The position numbers and the translations under genes are program-made. From positions 576,523 through 608,522 of the forward strand of contig NZ_FRFC01000003.1 of assembly GCF_900143675.1 (NCBI RefSeq): a stretch of DNA of 32,000 bases, read 5' to 3'. The DNA comes from Nitrosotalea sinensis. Lineage in GTDB: Archaea; Thermoproteota; Nitrososphaeria; Nitrososphaerales; Nitrosopumilaceae. Positions 27,964 to 32,000 of this stretch are shown piece after piece (the first letter of the stretch is position 1; each line of letters starts with the position of its first letter). The notes beneath the pieces are model-generated. The model saw nothing but the letters and a program-made list of their open reading frames with translations, had not been told where the DNA came from and made no database searches.

Positions 27964-28959
27964 ATGACTACACAAGAACTCAAATCACTTCTTACAAAAA
28001 AGGCAACTGCACTTGCAGTAATTACTGTATTGGCAGTTTCCGTTTTTGGAGGAAATTTGATGACTGTGGCAATGGCAGACCCAGGCAATAGCACTAGTGA
28101 TAATGCTAGTACAAATGCCAAGTCTGCAAATCAAGCAGCAAGACAGACTTTGCGACAGACCTTGCAGCAGGACCAAGTAACATACAAGCAAGCAACTCAA
28201 TCTGCTGATCTTGCATACAAGCAAGCAACCCAATCTGCTAACTTGGCATACAATCAAGCAGTCCAGGATGCAAATGTTGCATACAACAAAGCAGTCCAGG
28301 ATGCACAAGCAGCATACAAGACTGCAGTTAGTGCAGCCAAAGGCAACGCTGCCGCAATTGGCACTGCATTGGCGACAAGAGACACCGCAATATCTACTGC
28401 TCAAACTGGAAAAACCAACGCAATTGTAGCAGCCCAAGTCATCCGTGACAAGGCATTAAACGATGCATGGTCAACACACGAGACCAGTGTCTACGGTGCA
28501 CTTGCTACAAAAGATGGTGCAGATGGAACAGCACAATCAACATTCTACACTGCAATTGGTAATGCAACACTCGCAACAAGATCTCAGACAATAGGTCAGG
28601 CTCATGTTGACGAAGATAATGCAATACTCAAGGCAAGAACCACAAGAATTGCTACAGTAGAGACTGCTGATGTCACAAAAGACCAAGCAATTGGTACTGC
28701 TCAAACTGCATATATTAGTGCAGAAAGCACTGCCAGGACAGCACTTGACAATGCATACACCAAGGATGCCAAAGCATGGAATACTGCATTACAATCATAC
28801 TGGAATGCTGTAGCTCCACTTGTACAAACAGAAGATAGTGCAATTGCTACTGCAAACGCAAACCATGTATCTGCAGTTGGAACAGCTGATGCCACAAGAG
28901 ATCAAGCAATAGATCAAGCACATGCAACAATGTATGGCGCAATCTCGGCAGCCTATTAG
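27964..28959 (+). CDS. N-terminally anchored/secreted Ala/Thr/Gln-rich fibrous repeat protein with 11-residue (hendecad) repeats (the ORF extends to 27856)
   Basis: Starts MTTQELKSLLTKKATALAVITVLAVSVFGGNLMTVAMA. Five consecutive 11-mers follow: YKQATQSADLA, YKQATQSANLA, YNQAVQDANVA, YNKAVQDAQAA, YKTAVSAAKGN. After that come recurring [TA]x[DS]xAIxxA[QH] units up to the C-terminus. Confidence 0.8.
   Translation: MTTQELKSLLTKKATALAVITVLAVSVFGGNLMTVAMADPGNSTSDNASTNAKSANQAARQTLRQTLQQDQVTYKQATQSADLAYKQATQSANLAYNQAVQDANVAYNKAVQDAQAAYKTAVSAAKGNAAAIGTALATRDTAISTAQTGKTNAIVAAQVIRDKALNDAWSTHETSVYGALATKDGADGTAQSTFYTAIGNATLATRSQTIGQAHVDEDNAILKARTTRIATVETADVTKDQAIGTAQTAYISAESTARTALDNAYTKDAKAWNTALQSYWNAVAPLVQTEDSAIATANANHVSAVGTADATRDQAIDQAHATMYGAISAAY
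28181..28345 (+). repeat. Five tandem 33-bp repeats (in-frame, inside the CDS)
   Basis: Units start with CATACAA at 28181, 28214, 28247, 28280 and 28313, an exact 33-bp period. Confidence 0.9.
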
Positions 28960-29000
28960 GGCTGTTCTCTCTTCTCTTTTTATTTAATTTAGATACAAAA

Positions 29001-30233
29001 TTATTTTGTTTCTTCAGGCACTGACTTGTTTTTTCTTGCGATAAATATAGAACCTACAGTTGTTACAATGTTTGTAAGTATTATCACGTATACTGCAAGG
29101 CTCACAAATGTATTTGCTAGCGGAATTCCGTCATTTAGAGCTGATATGGACAAAGTTGCAGGAACAACTCCTTGAGCACAAATCAAAATTATGGCAAGCT
29201 GGTCTTTTTTTAATTCAGACTTCTGAGTTGATGCCTTGGTTGCAATGTATCTGACCAACAACAATATTCCAAGTATGACAAGCCCTAATACGACATTTGT
29301 CAATATGGCATCAGGAACTATAACAAAAACAAGACCCAAAAATACAAAAAAGAATGTCTCCATGATAAAAGAGACTTCTCCCTGGAACTTGTAAAACTGG
29401 TCATTCATCTCTACAAGATCAAACTTTTGTCTTAGACGCGACAATACAACTTTTGAGCTACCTAAAAATAGTCCAAAGATGAGAACTGCAACAAGACCAC
29501 TGCCGTGTAAAAGTTCTGTTACCGTATATGTGGTAAACAAAAGTCCTAATGTCAGAACATATGTGTACTTGAAGTTTCTTGCAAATTTCAGTACGAACAT
29601 CCATGATATAGAAAGTACAATTCCAACCAGAATTCCTATTGAAAAGCTAGTCCCAATTGTGATGATTGGAACTGCCCAGTTGTTTGTGCCTGTCTTGTAC
29701 AAACTCACAAATGCTTCATAAAATACAATCGAGTAAATTGAATTCAAAATCGATTCTAGTGTGAGAAATGTTATGGTGTTGTGGCCCAAATTAAGTGACC
29801 TTGATAACGGTATAACCACTACTGATGCTGTTTCACCACCTACTATTGCACCAAAGATGAGAGATTGAATCAAATCCCAATTTAGAATAAAGTGTAATGC
29901 AATTCCTATCAAAAATATGCTTGATACTACATAGATTGTAACTTGGACCATGGTTCTTGGGCTTCCTTTAATTACCTCACGAATCTTCATGTCCATGCCG
30001 CTGTAAAACAAAATCATAATCAGCGTAAAACTAGCAAATATCCCTAATACTGGAATTAATGGCTCTCGTGGAAATACATCAAAAATTGGTCCCAGTATGA
30101 CCCCTATCATTATCAAAAAAAGATAGTAAGAAATTCCAGTCTTTTTGAAAAATATCTCACCTACAAACCCTAGAAAAATTATTCCGGCAACAACTGAAAA
30201 AACTAGTAATTCATTAATCATGAAAAAACTCAA
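29001..30233 (-). CDS. Cation/proton antiporter (Na+/H+ exchanger family, CPA1/CPA2-like)
   Basis: 410 aa with about 11-12 TM. The N-terminal GFVGEIFFKKTGISYYLFLIMIGVILGP pattern is typical of Na_H_Exchanger family proteins. Confidence 0.88.
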   Translation of the reverse strand: MSFFMINELLVFSVVAGIIFLGFVGEIFFKKTGISYYLFLIMIGVILGPIFDVFPREPLIPVLGIFASFTLIMILFYSGMDMKIREVIKGSPRTMVQVTIYVVSSIFLIGIALHFILNWDLIQSLIFGAIVGGETASVVVIPLSRSLNLGHNTITFLTLESILNSIYSIVFYEAFVSLYKTGTNNWAVPIITIGTSFSIGILVGIVLSISWMFVLKFARNFKYTYVLTLGLLFTTYTVTELLHGSGLVAVLIFGLFLGSSKVVLSRLRQKFDLVEMNDQFYKFQGEVSFIMETFFFVFLGLVFVIVPDAILTNVVLGLVILGILLLVRYIATKASTQKSELKKDQLAIILICAQGVVPATLSISALNDGIPLANTFVSLAVYVIILTNIVTTVGSIFIARKNKSVPEETK

Positions 30234-30363
30234 AAATTAATATGATAAAATCCTGTCGAATAAGTTAGCTGTATATCAAAAAATGAAAATTAGAGATTAT
30301 CTTTTATCTTCATCTGTTGTATTGCATGATGAAATAACCTCCTAAATTGATCTGTGTTACAGT

Positions 30364-30729
30364 GTGTACTATCTGATTTTAATACAATATGTAACTAGAA
30401 AACTTGTGCAAGTCATACCTCCGTCACAAATCTTTGAAACAAAAGAAGAGTTGATCCTGCATACCTTGCTTGATAGACATTCTCGCACAATATTGAGTGT
30501 AACAAAAGATGAAGCACTGACAGCACTTAAGATAAGTGAGAACTGTAATATTCCTCTAAGTACGGTATATAGACGATTGCAACTATTACGTAAGCTGCAT
30601 TTTCTTCACGTATCCTGTACCATAAGACAAGATGGGAAAAAATTACTCTCATTTCAAAACAAAATATCAGGCATAGACATATCTTGGGATCAAGGCCAAC
30701 TTCAAATTAACACACGAATGACACAATAG
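30364..30729 (+). CDS. Winged-helix transcriptional regulator, paralog of 21931-22284 (start uncertain; GTG at 30364)
   Basis: LLDRHSRTILSVTKDEALTALKISENCNIPLSTVYRRLQLLRKLHFLHVSCTIRQDGKKLLSF gives an HTH plus a wing. Confidence 0.7.
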   Translation: MYYLILIQYVTRKLVQVIPPSQIFETKEELILHTLLDRHSRTILSVTKDEALTALKISENCNIPLSTVYRRLQLLRKLHFLHVSCTIRQDGKKLLSFQNKISGIDISWDQGQLQINTRMTQ

Positions 30730-30744
30730 AAATTTCCTGAAAAA

Positions 30745-31755
30745 TTAAAGCCCAATACTGTTGATGGCATTTCCGGAATTTGCATCAATTATGAGAATTA
30801 TCTTCTTGCCCTTGTGATCGTACTGTGCAAACCAAATTGGTACATGTAATAGTTCCCCTGATGATACTTCCAAGTCTGTCTGCATCTGTCGTATCATGTG
30901 ATATTTGGAATGAATCATTTGAGATTGAATCTGGTCTACAATATTTTTTGCCAAACTCTTTGCAGCGTCATCATTAATGTCTCCATTTAGAATCTTGACA
31001 CCTTTTGGAACCTTTTTTGGATCAAAGTCGACTTTGACATCAAGTGAAAACTCGTATCCATGGGGTTGAAATGCGGTAAGTGACTTGACAGCAACGACGG
31101 GGCAGTCATAGGACTCATCAACTGTGTATGCTTTTGTTGCATTTGCACCGCCCATCATGCCTCCTCCACCCATCATGGTTCCAAACAACATACCGTCCAT
31201 CATTCCTCCTCCAAATCCGCCCCCTCCTCTTCTAGAACCTCCGCTCATTGCACCGCCCATCAATCCTGCCATTGCAGCAGTAGCAGCAATTCCGCCCACT
31301 TCAGCTGCAATGTCGGTTGCAACAAGATTTGTTCTTGCACTGACAGGAATTATCCAGTATGGGACCATTGTCAAATCAATCTCTTCAAGCTTGGAGTTTT
31401 CTTGCAAGTGTCTGTGTAACAGTCCTTTGTCCATCATGTGATGCAAAGTTTCAGTAATTTGATCTCTGTCTGATATCTTGAGCGGTAACATGGAGTGCTT
31501 GGCAACATTTTGCCATCCCTTGTTCTCAAGGCTCACACTGCTTCCACAATATTCGCATGTCACAACCATCTCGCCAAACTTGGGAACAATCGGTGCACCA
31601 CAACTTGGACATTTGACCTCTTTTGTCTCTGTAGTTGTCTGTACATTTTGTGTATTTTGTGGAGAAGGCTGGGATGCTTGAGATTGCTTTGTACCACATT
31701 TGACGCAAAAGACTGCATCATCTGGAAGTTGGATTCCGCATTTTGAACAAAACAT
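30745..31755 (-). CDS. Double zinc-ribbon protein with a globular domain interrupted by a Gly/Met-rich glycine-zipper-like low-complexity insert
   Basis: MFCSKCGIQLPDDAVFCVKCG and KCPSCGAPIVPKFGEMVVTCEYCG form two zinc ribbons. Insert: AAEVGGIAATAAMAGLMGGAMSGGSRRGGGGFGGGMMDGMLFGTMMGGGGMMGGA. Confidence 0.85.
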   Translation of the reverse strand: MFCSKCGIQLPDDAVFCVKCGTKQSQASQPSPQNTQNVQTTTETKEVKCPSCGAPIVPKFGEMVVTCEYCGSSVSLENKGWQNVAKHSMLPLKISDRDQITETLHHMMDKGLLHRHLQENSKLEEIDLTMVPYWIIPVSARTNLVATDIAAEVGGIAATAAMAGLMGGAMSGGSRRGGGGFGGGMMDGMLFGTMMGGGGMMGGANATKAYTVDESYDCPVVAVKSLTAFQPHGYEFSLDVKVDFDPKKVPKGVKILNGDINDDAAKSLAKNIVDQIQSQMIHSKYHMIRQMQTDLEVSSGELLHVPIWFAQYDHKGKKIILIIDANSGNAINSIGL

Positions 31756-31762
31756 ATCTAAT

Positions 31763-31987
31763 CTAACCTGATTTTATCTCGCTGCCACAATGGGAACAGA
31801 ACTTGGACCCAACAGCTACAGTGCTGTTGCATTTGGGGCATGTAATCCCTTGAGGTTTTTGTTGTACCTGTTGTTGACTCTCTCCGCAGCTAGGACAAAA
31901 GTTGTTTGATACTGGCATCATCATTCCACATTTCTGACATTGCTTCATTGGTGGCTGGTACATTCCCTGGCCCATCTGTCCTGCCAT
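31763..31987 (-). CDS. Small double zinc-ribbon protein with a Met/Gly/Gln-rich N-terminus (may extend beyond the window)
   Basis: MAGQMGQGMYQPPMKQCQKCGMMMPVSNNFCPSCG...ITCPKCNSTVAVGSKFCSHCG carries four CxxC knuckles. The stop lies 7 nt upstream of the next gene's start. There is no in-frame stop between 31987 and the window end. Confidence 0.75.
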   Translation of the reverse strand: MAGQMGQGMYQPPMKQCQKCGMMMPVSNNFCPSCGESQQQVQQKPQGITCPKCNSTVAVGSKFCSHCGSEIKSG

Positions 31988-32000
31988 TGCATACCCTATG

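Noticed and set aside
27265-28437. Antisense ORFs 27265-27639 (+), 27464-27697 (-), 27930-28121 (-), 27985-28437 (-, Cys-rich) and 28211-28429 (+)
   Set aside because: They lie opposite to, or out of frame within, the two low-complexity secreted-protein genes. Repetitive GC-richer sequence suppresses stops. The sense frames have signal peptides and coherent repeat structure.
31124-31441. Pro-rich 105-aa + strand ORF (PPIMPPPPIM...)
   Set aside because: It is the antisense reading of the Gly/Met-rich low-complexity insert of the 30745-31755 gene (GGN/ATG codons read backwards give CCN/CAT). It is an artefact.

Overview
This is an AT-rich archaeal chromosome segment. By its 16S rRNA and gene content it is most likely an ammonia-oxidising thaumarchaeon (Nitrosopumilales/Nitrosotaleales-like, judged from memory of reference 16S sequences). 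All homology calls come from reading motifs by eye; no searches were run.

Layout, left to right:
- 1-645: a partial HemL-like class-III aminotransferase (minus strand).
- 997-5610: a 16S-23S rRNA operon. It has long processing stems, no tRNA in the spacer and no linked 5S.
- 6.5-8.9 kb: a wHTH regulator next to a pirin/azoreductase-like pair.
- 8.9-12.4 kb: a tightly packed minus-strand three-gene signalling operon: receiver-only response regulator, then a HisKA(DHp)-TM-matrixin fusion, then a Cache histidine kinase.
- 12.6-13.6 kb: cupin and VOC/glyoxalase enzymes.
- 14.6-17.5 kb: a cell-surface cluster with two PEFG-CTERM proteins, one of them a cupredoxin.
- 18.8-21 kb: a region rich in orphan genes, with a GIY-YIG-like protein, three tandem small zinc-ribbon ORFs and an odd repeat-bearing convergent intergenic region.
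- 21.2-23.7 kb: a putative metal (copper?) module of two small membrane proteins, a wHTH regulator and a cupredoxin protein. It is bracketed by two copies of an AATTCC-N6-GGAATT palindrome.
- 24.6-30.2 kb: an MFS transporter, a DUF72 protein, two low-complexity secreted proteins (one built on 33-bp / 11-residue tandem repeats) and a Na+/H+ antiporter.
- 30.7-32.0 kb: two co-oriented zinc-ribbon proteins, one carrying a Gly/Met-rich insert.

The strongest candidate for an undescribed system is the response regulator / DHp-TM-metzincin / Cache-kinase operon. The palindrome-bracketed cupredoxin module comes second. No CRISPR array, tRNA, transposase or integrase was found.
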